Both the position numbers and the translations under genes were made by a program. A stretch of DNA of 64,000 bases from Alphaproteobacteria bacterium (GTDB lineage Bacteria > Pseudomonadota > Alphaproteobacteria > UBA7887): assembly GCA_030739735.1 (NCBI GenBank), contig JASLYQ010000001.1, positions 159,633 through 223,632 of the forward strand. Reading direction: 5' to 3'. Positions within the stretch are counted from its first letter, which is position 1, and each line of letters begins with the position of its first letter. Shown piece after piece: positions 52,781 through 62,304 of this stretch. Under the pieces are notes generated by a model that saw only the letters and a list, made by a program, of their open reading frames with translations, was not told the DNA's origin and did no database searches.

Positions 52781-53893
52781 CTATGCGCCGTTGCGTGCTT
52801 CCTTCAGGGCTGCGGGTAGAGCTTCTTCAAGCAGGTCGAGGTCGCCGGGCAGGCCGGCGCTGATACGGATACACCGATTGAGAGGAGCGACGCCGGGCAT
52901 GCGAACGAATACATCGCGCCTGGCAAGTGCTTCGAGAACGCGTATCGCTAGGTTGCCGTCACCCGCGCAATCGACGGCCACGAAATTGGTCGCAGTCGGC
53001 AGGCTATCGAGCCCATTCGCGGCAGCGATGGAGGCAATGCGCTCGCACGCAGCAGAGACCTTGATAGTCACCTCGGCCAGATGAGCCGCATCGCCGAGCG
53101 ATGCCAGCGCCGCTACCTGGGCCATTCGGTTAACGCCAAAATGATTGCGCACCTTATCAAAAGCACCAACCAAACCAGCTTCGCCAAGCGCATAGCCGAC
53201 ACGCGCACCGGCCAGGCCGTGCGCCTTTGAAAAAGTGCGAAAGCGCAGCACCTTGCGGCAAGAGATATCGAGTGGCGGAACCGTGCCGGCCGGTGCGAAG
53301 TCCGAGTAGGCTTCGTCGAGCACCAGCACACAACCATCGGGTACAAGCGCGATCATGTCCTCGATCTTCGCCGCATCGGACCAACTGCCCATGGGATTAT
53401 CCGGGTTAGCGAGATAGATCAGGCGTGCCTTCTCGCGTACCGCCAGGTCGAGCAACGCCTCCGGATCCTCACGGTCCTCACGATAGTGAACCGTGGCTAG
53501 CCTGCCGCCAAAGCCAACAACATGAAAATTAAAGGTGGGATAGGCGCCGAGTGAGGTTGCCACGGTCACGCCAGGCTCGACGAACAGCCGCACCATATAG
53601 CCGAACAGCGCATCGATGCCCTCGCCCACGACGACATTCTCGGGCGCCACGCTGTGATGCGCGGCGAGCGCCACCTTCAGATCGTGGTTCTCGGGATCAC
53701 CATATTGCCACAGCGCGGTCGCTTCGGCCTGCATTGCCGCGACAGCCTTCGGCGAACAGCCGAAAACACTTTCATTAGCACCGATGCGGGCACAAAACGG
53801 CTTGCCACGCCTGCGCTCCAGCGCCTCTGGGCCGACAAAGGGCACGCTTTGCGGCAGGCTCCTGGCAAGCGGCGTGAAATCGTAATCTGTCAC
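52781..53893 (-). CDS. PLP-dependent aminotransferase, class I/II (HisC-like)
   Basis: 370 aa. LDEAYSDFA, PLP-Lys region RTFSKAHGLAGARVGY. Confidence 0.8.
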   Translation of the reverse strand: MTDYDFTPLARSLPQSVPFVGPEALERRRGKPFCARIGANESVFGCSPKAVAAMQAEATALWQYGDPENHDLKVALAAHHSVAPENVVVGEGIDALFGYMVRLFVEPGVTVATSLGAYPTFNFHVVGFGGRLATVHYREDREDPEALLDLAVREKARLIYLANPDNPMGSWSDAAKIEDMIALVPDGCVLVLDEAYSDFAPAGTVPPLDISCRKVLRFRTFSKAHGLAGARVGYALGEAGLVGAFDKVRNHFGVNRMAQVAALASLGDAAHLAEVTIKVSAACERIASIAAANGLDSLPTATNFVAVDCAGDGNLAIRVLEALARRDVFVRMPGVAPLNRCIRISAGLPGDLDLLEEALPAALKEARNGA

Positions 53894-53907
53894 GCCAGCC
53901 TCCGTTT

Positions 53908-54450
53908 TCAGTTAGGCTCTGGCCAGTATAGCAGGAAGCCGTCACGGTTCGGCATCTTCACACCAGGCAGGCTATCGGCATCCATGACCTGGCCGTCCTT
54001 GATGATGCCGTTCAAGCTCAACAGGTATGCCGTGACCGCATAGACATCGTCATTGCTGAGCGACATCGGCCGATCATAGGGCATGGCACGGCGCACGTAG
54101 TCAAAAATAGTGGTGGCATAGGGCCAGTAGCTGGCTATGGTTTTCACCGGCTTGTCGCCGGCTAGAGAATCGATGCCACCGGCAAGTGCATCAGCAAATT
54201 TCTCGCCGCCCCTGGCGCCCCCGCCATGGCAGCGCCTGCAGTGCTGATGGTAGACGTGAGCGCCGCGTTCGGCATCACCCCTACCGGGCGGCAAGGTGGC
54301 ACCGTCGGGCGCGATGCTGATATCCCATTTAGCGACCTCTTCCGCCGATACCGGCTCGCCCAGCTCTGGACCGGGCTCAGCGAGAACGGGACTGGCAACA
54401 AGCAGGACCACGGCCAAGGTCGAAAGCGTGCAACGATCAAATATAGACAT
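53908..54450 (-). CDS. monohaem cytochrome c, sulfite dehydrogenase partner subunit (SorB/SoxD-like)
   Basis: Start at MSIFDRCTLSTLAVVLLVASPVLA (signal peptide), overlapping the sorA-like stop by 14 nt. Single CRRCH haem site. Confidence 0.7.
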   Translation of the reverse strand: MSIFDRCTLSTLAVVLLVASPVLAEPGPELGEPVSAEEVAKWDISIAPDGATLPPGRGDAERGAHVYHQHCRRCHGGGARGGEKFADALAGGIDSLAGDKPVKTIASYWPYATTIFDYVRRAMPYDRPMSLSNDDVYAVTAYLLSLNGIIKDGQVMDADSLPGVKMPNRDGFLLYWPEPN

Positions 54451-55735
54451 TGCTGACCTCCCCGTTGCTTGCAATGCCCCAGGTTTGGATGGCGTTGCAG
54501 TGGTAGAGATGGCCTGCCGCATACTGCTCGGACCACACTTCGCGTCGTAGCTGGGTGTTACCTTTCTCGTCGGTCGCGCGGCTTTGCACGACAGCTGGCG
54601 CGCCGTCCCAACTCCAGGGCAGGCGGAAACGCGTCAGCGCCATCGGCTGCACCGGCCCGTCCAGCGCCGCCTCCGCCCAGCTCTTGCCGCCGTCGGCCGA
54701 GACCTCGACGCGGGCGATTCGGCCGTGGCCTGACCAAGCGAGGCCCGAGATCTGATAGAGCCCCGCGCCGCGCATCGTCAGACCCGTTGCCGGGCGTGTG
54801 ATGGTTGATTTCACATCCATGCGGAAAGTGAACTGGCGCGCCATGCCGTCGGGCATCAGGTCGGAATATTTCGAGGTCTCGTCCTTTGTGTGAGTTGGTC
54901 CCTCGGTGACCTTGATGCGGCGCAGCCACTTGACCGACATATTACCTTCGTAGCCCGGCAACACGAGGCGCATGGGGTAGCCGTTCTCGGGGCGTAGGCG
55001 CTCGCCGTTCTGATACAAAGCCACGATGGCGTCGTCGAGTGCCTTTTCCATGGGAATGCTACGGCTCATGGCGGCGGAATCAGCCCCCTCGGCAAGAATC
55101 CACTTGCCGCGCGGATCCAATCCAGCTTCATCGAGTAGGATCGAGAGCGGGATACCCGTCCACTCGGCACCGGAGATGAGACCGTGGATCATACCTACCG
55201 GCACCTGCATGGGCTCGGAGAACAGGTTGCTGTTGAAGAAACTATTGCCAGCGCACTCGATAAATAGAAGTCGGCTAGCCATCGGATAGCGCAGCAGCGC
55301 CTCTATGTCGAACTTAAGCGGCTGCACCACCAGACCATGGATCAAAAACTCATGCCTCTCCGAATCGATGATGGGTCGGCCGTTGTGGCTGCGCTCGAAA
55401 TGCAGACCGTTGGGTGTGATGGTGCCTTCAAGGTTCTGCAGTGGCGTCATGCCGACACCAGCGCCGGGCGCCAGATCGCCATAGGGCTGAAGCACGGTGC
55501 GAGCTGTCTCCCGTTCGGCGCGAGCAGGATCACCGTAGGGCCGAAACGTGATGCCCGGCACGGTCATCCAGCTCGGCGCTTCATCGCCGATGGATTCCGC
55601 GGCTACAGCCGCACCGGGCAGGGCCGCCGCAGCCACCGCACTGCCAGCGAGAAAGGCGCGCCGGTGCAGCAGACCACCGCTCGCGACTGGCTCGCCGAGC
55701 GCCTCGGCGGCGGGCACAGTGTTCTTCTTTGACAT
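54437..55735 (-). CDS. Tat-exported molybdopterin oxidoreductase of the sulfite-oxidase family (SorA/SoxC-like sulfite dehydrogenase catalytic subunit)
   Basis: 432 aa. Twin-arginine signal HRRAFLAGSAVAAAALPGAAVA. Moco domain (ECAGNS…). C-terminal Mo-co dimerisation domain. Strong RBS GAAGGAGGAG. Confidence 0.8.
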   Translation of the reverse strand: MSKKNTVPAAEALGEPVASGGLLHRRAFLAGSAVAAAALPGAAVAAESIGDEAPSWMTVPGITFRPYGDPARAERETARTVLQPYGDLAPGAGVGMTPLQNLEGTITPNGLHFERSHNGRPIIDSERHEFLIHGLVVQPLKFDIEALLRYPMASRLLFIECAGNSFFNSNLFSEPMQVPVGMIHGLISGAEWTGIPLSILLDEAGLDPRGKWILAEGADSAAMSRSIPMEKALDDAIVALYQNGERLRPENGYPMRLVLPGYEGNMSVKWLRRIKVTEGPTHTKDETSKYSDLMPDGMARQFTFRMDVKSTITRPATGLTMRGAGLYQISGLAWSGHGRIARVEVSADGGKSWAEAALDGPVQPMALTRFRLPWSWDGAPAVVQSRATDEKGNTQLRREVWSEQYAAGHLYHCNAIQTWGIASNGEVSNVYI

Positions 55736-55749
55736 CGGTTCTCCTCCTT

Positions 55750-57837
55750 CTATTTTGCTGCCACCGGCACGGCTTCCTCGCGCGGCCCAATACCGGAACT
55801 ACCCGACAGGCGCTCGCGGCGCTCCCTCCTGGCCACCAAGGGCGGACAGACCTGATCGTCCTGATAGGCCACCTGGCAGGCCAGACAGTGATAACACTCA
55901 TTGAAATTTATGCTGCCATCGTTGCCGATCGCCTGCACCGGGCAAAGCGGCTGACAAGTGTTGCAGCTACTGCCGCATTCGGGCCGACGCTTTAACCAGA
56001 GCAGCATGCGCCAGCGCCCGAGGATGGCAAGGCTGCCGCCCAGCGGACAGAGATAGCGGCAAAAGGCGCGCTCAACGAAGAGCCCTACACCGAGTATAGC
56101 GAGCGTAAACAGCACATAGGGCCAGGCGCGCACGAAGCCGAACAGGATCGCCGTGTCGAAGGGCTCTATCTCGACAGCGCGTATGACCGGGGTCCGATCG
56201 ATGAAGACCAGCGCGACTAGTGCTATCGCGACAACATATTTGAGCGCCCACAGCCGCTCGTTGAGCGCAGCCGGCAGTTGCCGCTGGCGCAGCCCAAGCC
56301 ACCGCGCAGCTTTGTTGAGCAACTCCTGCAAAGCGCCAAAGGGGCAAAGCCAGCCGCAGAATATGCCGCGTCCGAGCAGCAGCAGGGTAAGCCCCGCGAA
56401 GCCTAGCACGATCAGTGTCAGGGGATCGAGCAGCATTGCCTCCAACCCACCGCCTTCGAAGGGCGCCCGGGCAATCGTGAAGAGATGGCTGATCGACAGT
56501 TGCGCGCCTGCATACCAGCCGATCCAGCCCAGCGAAAAGACAAGAAAGACAGCGCGTAGCCAGCGCATACATTGGGCGTGTCGGACGAGCCGGTTTTGGG
56601 CCAATAGCACAGCCGAAAGGGTTGCCAGCGCCAGCAGCAGCACCGCGATCTTGGCTTCCTGGTCCTTCCACACCGAGAGCCAAAGGGCCGGCACCTCAGC
56701 GGCACGATTATCGACAGCGGCAACGAGCCGCGGAATAGGCTCGACCACCAGCTCAGCCGGCGGCGCGTAGTCAAGCCCGAACCGGGCTTCTCCGCCGAAG
56801 GCGATCTCCAGCAACCACGGCCGGCTACCATCGAAGCCGCTCGTCGCCGGAATTCGCAACAGAACTAGCTGCTCCATGGCCGGCGCACCACTCACGGCGA
56901 CACCGTTCAGGGCAACCGACTCAAACTCGTTGAGTGATAGCGTCAGCCCGCCTTGACGCAGGCTAAGCGCGCTTGACACCGGCGCTTCGGCAAGGGTCGC
57001 AACGCCCCGCCGCAGACTGGCCCGTCCGGCACTTGCGACGAGCAGAAGTGAATCACCTTCCGCGAGCCCGGCCGCGGCATGAGCTTCGGCGCCAAGCAGA
57101 TTGCGCCCGATCAGTGCCGGAGTCGCGAGCGCCGTAACGAGGTCAGCAAAAAGCATGTCGGCTGGACCGCTGCTAAGCTTTGCGGCATGGGCGGCGACAT
57201 CACCATTGCTGAGCGTCAGCCGGCGGACCGCACCAATGGCGCGCAGCCCTGCCCAATCGAGGGGGCGGAAGCTCACGAGATCGAGGCGGCGGGCCTCGCG
57301 GGCGCCGGGACCGAGCAGGTCACGCGAGACCGCGACCATGCGCCCGGCCCGGTAGATACCGTCGAGCAGCGCCAACACGCTGATATCAGCACGCCCGCCA
57401 TAGTCTTCGGGTGCGGCAGGCCGTGGCGCGAGCACATCAAGGCCGACCAGCCCGGTAAGCGCCGCTTCCAGCGCCGCGCGCCCACCGAGATTACGCAGTA
57501 GTGGCTCGTCCTCAGCAATCAGCACTGCGCCGGTGACGCGGGCGTGCATATCGAGGCCGAGCAGAATGTCAAAACGACTGCCGCCGTAGCCACGCGGCTT
57601 GGCCAAGTCGCCGACCGAAAAGACATAGCCCACAATGTCACCGTCGCGAAGAACCTCGGCAGCAGGCGGGCGCCCATCCGTCGGTTGAGCGCGATCTGCG
57701 CCGGGAAAGGCTTGCGCCAGGCGGTCCGGCGTCAAGCGGTCGGCCAGGGGGTCGGGTTTTGCGGCCGGGGATTCCGTTGCCATCCCAAGCCCGCAGAAAA
57801 GCCCCAAGATGACGAGCCGTCCGATCGATTTTCTCAC
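55750..57837 (-). CDS. NosR/NirI-family membrane polyferredoxin, paralog 1 (FMN-attachment motif degenerate)
   Basis: 695 aa, GTG start with signal-like N-terminus. Periplasmic N-domain, 5-6 TM helices with CGWLCPFGALQE and FCRYLCPLGG, C-terminal 2x[4Fe-4S] ferredoxin motifs (CGSSCNTCQPLCP, CYHCLACQ). The SGATxSS flavin site is replaced by ADISVLA. Confidence 0.8.
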   Translation of the reverse strand: MRKSIGRLVILGLFCGLGMATESPAAKPDPLADRLTPDRLAQAFPGADRAQPTDGRPPAAEVLRDGDIVGYVFSVGDLAKPRGYGGSRFDILLGLDMHARVTGAVLIAEDEPLLRNLGGRAALEAALTGLVGLDVLAPRPAAPEDYGGRADISVLALLDGIYRAGRMVAVSRDLLGPGAREARRLDLVSFRPLDWAGLRAIGAVRRLTLSNGDVAAHAAKLSSGPADMLFADLVTALATPALIGRNLLGAEAHAAAGLAEGDSLLLVASAGRASLRRGVATLAEAPVSSALSLRQGGLTLSLNEFESVALNGVAVSGAPAMEQLVLLRIPATSGFDGSRPWLLEIAFGGEARFGLDYAPPAELVVEPIPRLVAAVDNRAAEVPALWLSVWKDQEAKIAVLLLALATLSAVLLAQNRLVRHAQCMRWLRAVFLVFSLGWIGWYAGAQLSISHLFTIARAPFEGGGLEAMLLDPLTLIVLGFAGLTLLLLGRGIFCGWLCPFGALQELLNKAARWLGLRQRQLPAALNERLWALKYVVAIALVALVFIDRTPVIRAVEIEPFDTAILFGFVRAWPYVLFTLAILGVGLFVERAFCRYLCPLGGSLAILGRWRMLLWLKRRPECGSSCNTCQPLCPVQAIGNDGSINFNECYHCLACQVAYQDDQVCPPLVARRERRERLSGSSGIGPREEAVPVAAK

Positions 57838-57922
57838 AAGGATCCCCTACGTACCTGTCGCCCGCAATGGCAGTGGCCGTTGCATAGCAAAGATGGGTGG
57901 GCACGCAAAGCGCCGTTTTCCC

Positions 57923-59959
57923 TTATGTCGCCGCCGCCCGCGCAGCGCGCTTGCGCTGCTGGATCAGCGGCGGACAGCGCCCCTCATCGAAATACTCGAC
58001 CTGGCACTCCAGGCATTGGAAACATTCGTTCATATCGATGCTGCCATCGCCGCGGATCGCATCGACTGGACAAATCTGGCGGCAAACCGCGCAAGGGCTG
58101 CCGCATTGCGGGCGTTGCCTGAGCCAGCGCATCACGTGCCAACGCCCGAGAAGACTCAGCGCGCCGCCGAGCGGGCAGAGAAAGCGGCAGAAGAAGCGCT
58201 CAATGAAGAGACCGAGAACAAGGAGGATCCCAGCATAAAGCACGTAGGGCCAGTGACGCGCGAAGCCGACCACGATGGCGGTCTTGAAGGGTTCCACCTC
58301 CGCGGCCACCTGGGCGGCGTCGAGCGACCATATGGCGAGTCCGAAAATTACCAATGTCACCAGATATTTGGCAGTCACCAGACGTTCACCCAAGCTCTCC
58401 GGAATCTTGACACGCGGCAGGCGCAAACGGCGCGCGACGGCGCCAGCGAACTCCTGCAAGGCGCCGAAGGGGCAAAGCCAGCCACAGAAGACGCCACGAC
58501 CCCATAGCAGCAGCGTGACCAGCACATAGAGCGACAGCAGAAAGATTAACGGGTCGAGCAGTACCAGCGCCGGGTCGAGGCCGGAGACCATGATCCGCGC
58601 ATAGGTGACGATGTTGAGGATCGTCAGCTGTGCATCGACGATCCAGCCAAGCCATACCAGAACCACCGCCAGAAAGCCGAGGCGCAGCATGCGGTAAAGA
58701 CGGCGACCACGGACCAGGCGATCCTGCCACAGCAACATCAGCGTAAGCGTGGTGAGCAAACCTACAAGAGCCACGATATCGCCGGCCCGGGCCACCCAGA
58801 CCCTTTGCCAGTCATTGAGCAGGCTTCCGCGCAGCAGACCGAACAAGACATAGGTGGGCTCTTTGTAGCCAGCCTCCTCCAATGCAAAGTCGCTGCCGGT
58901 CACGAAAAGCGCGGGCAGCGTGTAGGGTAGACTGTGGGTTTCGTCCCCGATATCGAACTCGAACGCCCAGGGCTTGAACACGTCAAAGCCGTCGCGGGCG
59001 CCGAGGCGGAACATAACTCGCTCGCTGAAGCACGGCGCGCCGTCACCAATGATGGAGGGCTTACCGAGCTTGTTATCGCGGCTCAGCGGCAGGGTTTTGC
59101 CGTCCTGGACAATGCGCACATTGGGATAGGGTTCACCACCGCGCGGCCTTTTGCGGAACAGCGCCGGATTGCCGGTACCGGCGAGGACGAGCAGGTGCTC
59201 GTCAGTGCCGAGCTTCGAGACATGGAAGGTATGCCAGCTACCGCCAAAAAAATTGCGGCCGATGCCGGGCGGTGTGGTAATCGCGGCATAGACCTCCAGG
59301 GTCTCGCCAGCCTCGCTCGGCACGGCGAGTGTCGTCACCGCGCCCAGCGCAAGCAGGGTTTGCCAGTCGCGTGGCTCGTAGCTCCTCATATCAACGCTGA
59401 CGCCCGTTTCCAGCCCGTCGATCAAACCGTATTCCGTAGCAATCTTGCGCGCTGAAGACAGCACCGCCGAGCGCATCAGCTTGCTGCTCACCGTGGCACC
59501 CGAGATGGCATCGGTGGCCTCGCGTACATTGCGCAGCGATTGATCCACGGGAAAGCCGGAGAGCTGAAGCAAAAATCCATCCAGACGTGAGAGCGGGATG
59601 GCGTTGTGGCTGATGATCGGCTCGTGGTGCTCGATCACATGCACGCCGCGCAGGCGGCCATCCAGATCAATGCCGACCAGTAGATCGAAAGCGAGGCCGG
59701 TGAAACCACCGATGGGATCGATGTCGTAGGTCGAGAGCACGTAACCCGCCAGGGCATCGTCGATGAGCACTTCCGCCACCGCGGGCCGGCCGCTGATCTC
59801 GCCGACCTCGTCGGCCTCGGGAAAGGCCTGGTCGAGGGCGCGGACCGACAGGCGACGCTCCAGCGGATCCTCCTTGTCAATTGCCTGAGCATCGCCAGTG
59901 AGCACACAAAGCAACGCGGCAACAACAAGAAACAGGCGGTACGTCGGAAAGGCAACCAT
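57923..59959 (-). CDS. NosR/NirI-family membrane FMN-binding polyferredoxin, paralog 2 (intact FMN_bind motif)
   Basis: Start at MVAFPTYRLFLVVAALLCVLTGDAQA (the track ORF runs to 60016). FMN_bind signature DAISGATVSS. TM domain with CGWLCPFGALQE/FCRFLCPLGG. C-terminal CGSPCAVCRQICP and CFQCLECQ ferredoxin motifs. Confidence 0.8.
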   Translation of the reverse strand: MVAFPTYRLFLVVAALLCVLTGDAQAIDKEDPLERRLSVRALDQAFPEADEVGEISGRPAVAEVLIDDALAGYVLSTYDIDPIGGFTGLAFDLLVGIDLDGRLRGVHVIEHHEPIISHNAIPLSRLDGFLLQLSGFPVDQSLRNVREATDAISGATVSSKLMRSAVLSSARKIATEYGLIDGLETGVSVDMRSYEPRDWQTLLALGAVTTLAVPSEAGETLEVYAAITTPPGIGRNFFGGSWHTFHVSKLGTDEHLLVLAGTGNPALFRKRPRGGEPYPNVRIVQDGKTLPLSRDNKLGKPSIIGDGAPCFSERVMFRLGARDGFDVFKPWAFEFDIGDETHSLPYTLPALFVTGSDFALEEAGYKEPTYVLFGLLRGSLLNDWQRVWVARAGDIVALVGLLTTLTLMLLWQDRLVRGRRLYRMLRLGFLAVVLVWLGWIVDAQLTILNIVTYARIMVSGLDPALVLLDPLIFLLSLYVLVTLLLWGRGVFCGWLCPFGALQEFAGAVARRLRLPRVKIPESLGERLVTAKYLVTLVIFGLAIWSLDAAQVAAEVEPFKTAIVVGFARHWPYVLYAGILLVLGLFIERFFCRFLCPLGGALSLLGRWHVMRWLRQRPQCGSPCAVCRQICPVDAIRGDGSIDMNECFQCLECQVEYFDEGRCPPLIQQRKRAARAAAT

Positions 59960-60169
59960 GGGGCCCGGGACGGATACGGCTTTGCTGTGCCCTTGTCGAG
60001 AGTTAAGCCGGTGCAAGGATCGGCTGAGCGAGAATCCACAGGCTCAGGACCGAGTATGCGACCATCAGCAGCAGCAGTGGCAATTGCGCGAGATTGCGCG
60101 CGCCCCGAGGTGGGAAGAACGCCGGGTTGTCACGCCTAGAACCTAGGACCCGGCCAACCGATATCGTCG

Positions 60170-60379
60170 TCAGTCAATCACGCGCAGATTATCCGCTGCC
60201 ATCCGGCCGCGATTATCGGCAACCATGTCGAACTCGATCTTCTGTCCTTCGGACAGGGTAGACAGGCCCGCCCGCTCGACGCTCGAAATATGGACAAAAG
60301 CATCCTTGTCACCTGTCTCGGGTGTAATAAATCCGAACCCCTTTACGGAATCGAACCATTTCACGGTTCCCGTCGTCAT
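60170..60379 (-). CDS. cold-shock protein (CspA family)
   Basis: Start at [18 protein letters not shown] (RNP1-like KGFGFI, RNP2-like FVHIS). RBS GAGGAGG. 69 aa. The upstream part of the track ORF is rejected. Confidence 0.9.
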   Translation of the reverse strand: MTTGTVKWFDSVKGFGFITPETGDKDAFVHISSVERAGLSTLSEGQKIEFDMVADNRGRMAADNLRVID

Positions 60380-60559
60380 ACGTACCTCCTCGCACCAGTG
60401 TTTACCCCATCCCTTCGGACAGGGTCTCTCTATAGAGCTTCGACTTGCTATCCCGGAGGAGGCAGTCACGAAAACTCACACACATAACCATAGCAGTGGC
60501 GAGCCCTGCGTCACAAGCCAATGCGTGTAACACTTTCGTGACTTGCTGGAAAATGCCGC

Positions 60560-61378
60560 TCAACCGCGGCCGCGGAACAATTGCCGTGGCGCGGGACTGC
60601 TCCGCGAGTAGCCATCTGCGCAAAACGCGCCGCCCTGATAGCGCCTGGCGACGGGATTCATATCGTCCTCGCTGCCTTCGACGATCGAGCCATAGGCGTC
60701 AGCGCTGTCTTCGGACGAAAAACCGATCTGTTCCCGGGCCAGATCGGACCACCAGCGCCCGGTATTCTCGGATACACCCCAATAAACCGCATGGCCCAGA
60801 GTGTCGGCCGCGAGACAGCAGCGCACTAGTGCGGTCAGATCGGCAAAGCTCAGCCAGGTGTAAAGCTGGCGGCGGTCGACGGGCTCGGCAAAGCAGGAGC
60901 CGATCCGCAAGCAAGCGTTCTCCACCCCGTACTTATCCCAATAGGTGCGCCCAAGTAGCTCACTATAGGCCTTCGATAGACCATAATAGCTGTCGGGGCG
61001 GAGCTGGCAGTCCTCGGTCAGCGCCTCGTCGCGCTGGTGAAAGCCGATGGCGTGGTTGGAGCTTGCGAAGACCACACGCGCACCGTTACGCCGGGCGCCT
61101 TCGAAGATGTGATAAGTGCCGCGCAAGTTGGCCTCAAGGACTTCTTCGAAGCTCGCTTCCGTAGAAATAGCGCCGAAATGCACGATGGCATCGACACCTT
61201 CGCAGAGCGCCAGTACCGTGTCCTTGTCGGCGAGGTCCGCCAGCCGAAAAACCGCGCCATCCGGTATCTGGCGAGCGGTCACGATGTCCATGAGGCGTAA
61301 TTTGTGCTCATCAGCCAAGCCGGCGCTGAGTACACGCCCGAGATTGCCAGCGGCACCGGTCAGAAAAATGGTGGACAT
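60560..61378 (-). CDS. uronate dehydrogenase (Udh-like extended SDR)
   Basis: 272 aa. Near-collinear with Agrobacterium/Pseudomonas Udh from my recollection of those sequences: FLTGAAGNLGRV, VFASSNHAIGF, YGLSKAY, RIGSC, WGVSENTGRWW, RYQGGAF. Confidence 0.8.
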   Translation of the reverse strand: MSTIFLTGAAGNLGRVLSAGLADEHKLRLMDIVTARQIPDGAVFRLADLADKDTVLALCEGVDAIVHFGAISTEASFEEVLEANLRGTYHIFEGARRNGARVVFASSNHAIGFHQRDEALTEDCQLRPDSYYGLSKAYSELLGRTYWDKYGVENACLRIGSCFAEPVDRRQLYTWLSFADLTALVRCCLAADTLGHAVYWGVSENTGRWWSDLAREQIGFSSEDSADAYGSIVEGSEDDMNPVARRYQGGAFCADGYSRSSPAPRQLFRGRG

Positions 61379-61381
61379 GGC

Positions 61382-62281
61382 TTATTCTCCGAATTGGCCA
61401 ACGGGAACGCCTGCGACGTCGACCTGCAACATAAGAATGCTGCCGGACAGGGGATAGCGCTCGATGAGCTCGGGCGCGCGGCCATCGCGCAGGCTGCTAA
61501 CGAAGAGTGTGCGCATGTCTTCGCCGCCGAAGCAGCACATGGTCGGTGCTGGGACAGGAAGTGAGATCGACTCGATCACCTCACCGGTCGGCGAAAAGCG
61601 GTTGAGACGGCCGGCCGAGACCCCGGCGCTCCAATAGCCGCCTTCAATATCGCATGCGGCACCATCCGGACGGCCTTGCTCGGGTGTCGGCTCGGCATAA
61701 ACACGGCGAACGGCGATGGTACCATTGGCGGCATCAAACTCCCAGACATCGATGCGGTTGGCAGCGCTGTCGCTGTGAAACATCAGACTGCCCTGGGCGT
61801 TCCAGGCAAGGCCGTTCGAGACCATCAGGCCGTCAATCTTACGCTCGCAAGCGCCGTCCGCCGTGATGCGATAGAGCGCGGCAATAGGCTTGCGCTCGGG
61901 CCGGTCATCCATGCTGCCAATCCAGAAGGCGCCGTCGGGGCCAACCTTGCCGTCGTTAAGCCGAGTGTGCGGCATGTCCGCTTCGATCGCCACCAGCGGT
62001 TCCAAATCGCCACTGGCCGGATCGAAAAGCGAGACACCGTCGCGTAAGCCCACAACCAGACGCCCATCAGGGCAGAGCCCGAAAGCGCCGACCTCGCTGG
62101 GAAAGTTCCAGCCCTCATGCTTCGCCGAGGCTAGCGTGTAGACATGAATGCGCCGGCCCGTGATGTCGGCCCATAACAACCTGTCGCCAGCGGCATCCCA
62201 GACTAGGCTCTCCCCCAGTCGGCAGCGACAGTCGACCAGACAGGAAATCTCGTAACCCACGGCACCCCCTGCAATTTCCAA
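61382..62281 (-). CDS. SMP-30/gluconolactonase/LRE-family lactonase
   Basis: 299 aa beta-propeller lactonase motifs (ESLVWD, NDGKVGPDGAFW, SNGLAW, PDGAACD). Ends 3 nt before the udh-like start. Confidence 0.75.
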   Translation of the reverse strand: MEIAGGAVGYEISCLVDCRCRLGESLVWDAAGDRLLWADITGRRIHVYTLASAKHEGWNFPSEVGAFGLCPDGRLVVGLRDGVSLFDPASGDLEPLVAIEADMPHTRLNDGKVGPDGAFWIGSMDDRPERKPIAALYRITADGACERKIDGLMVSNGLAWNAQGSLMFHSDSAANRIDVWEFDAANGTIAVRRVYAEPTPEQGRPDGAACDIEGGYWSAGVSAGRLNRFSPTGEVIESISLPVPAPTMCCFGGEDMRTLFVSSLRDGRAPELIERYPLSGSILMLQVDVAGVPVGQFGE

Positions 62282-62304
62282 GATTCGTGTGCCGCCTACC
62301 CCGC

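Noticed and set aside
53908-54450. Dihaem SoxD assignment for the cytochrome next to the SorA/SoxC-like gene
   Set aside because: Only one CXXCH is present in the 180-aa mature protein, so a monohaem SorB/short SoxD-type partner is the safer call.
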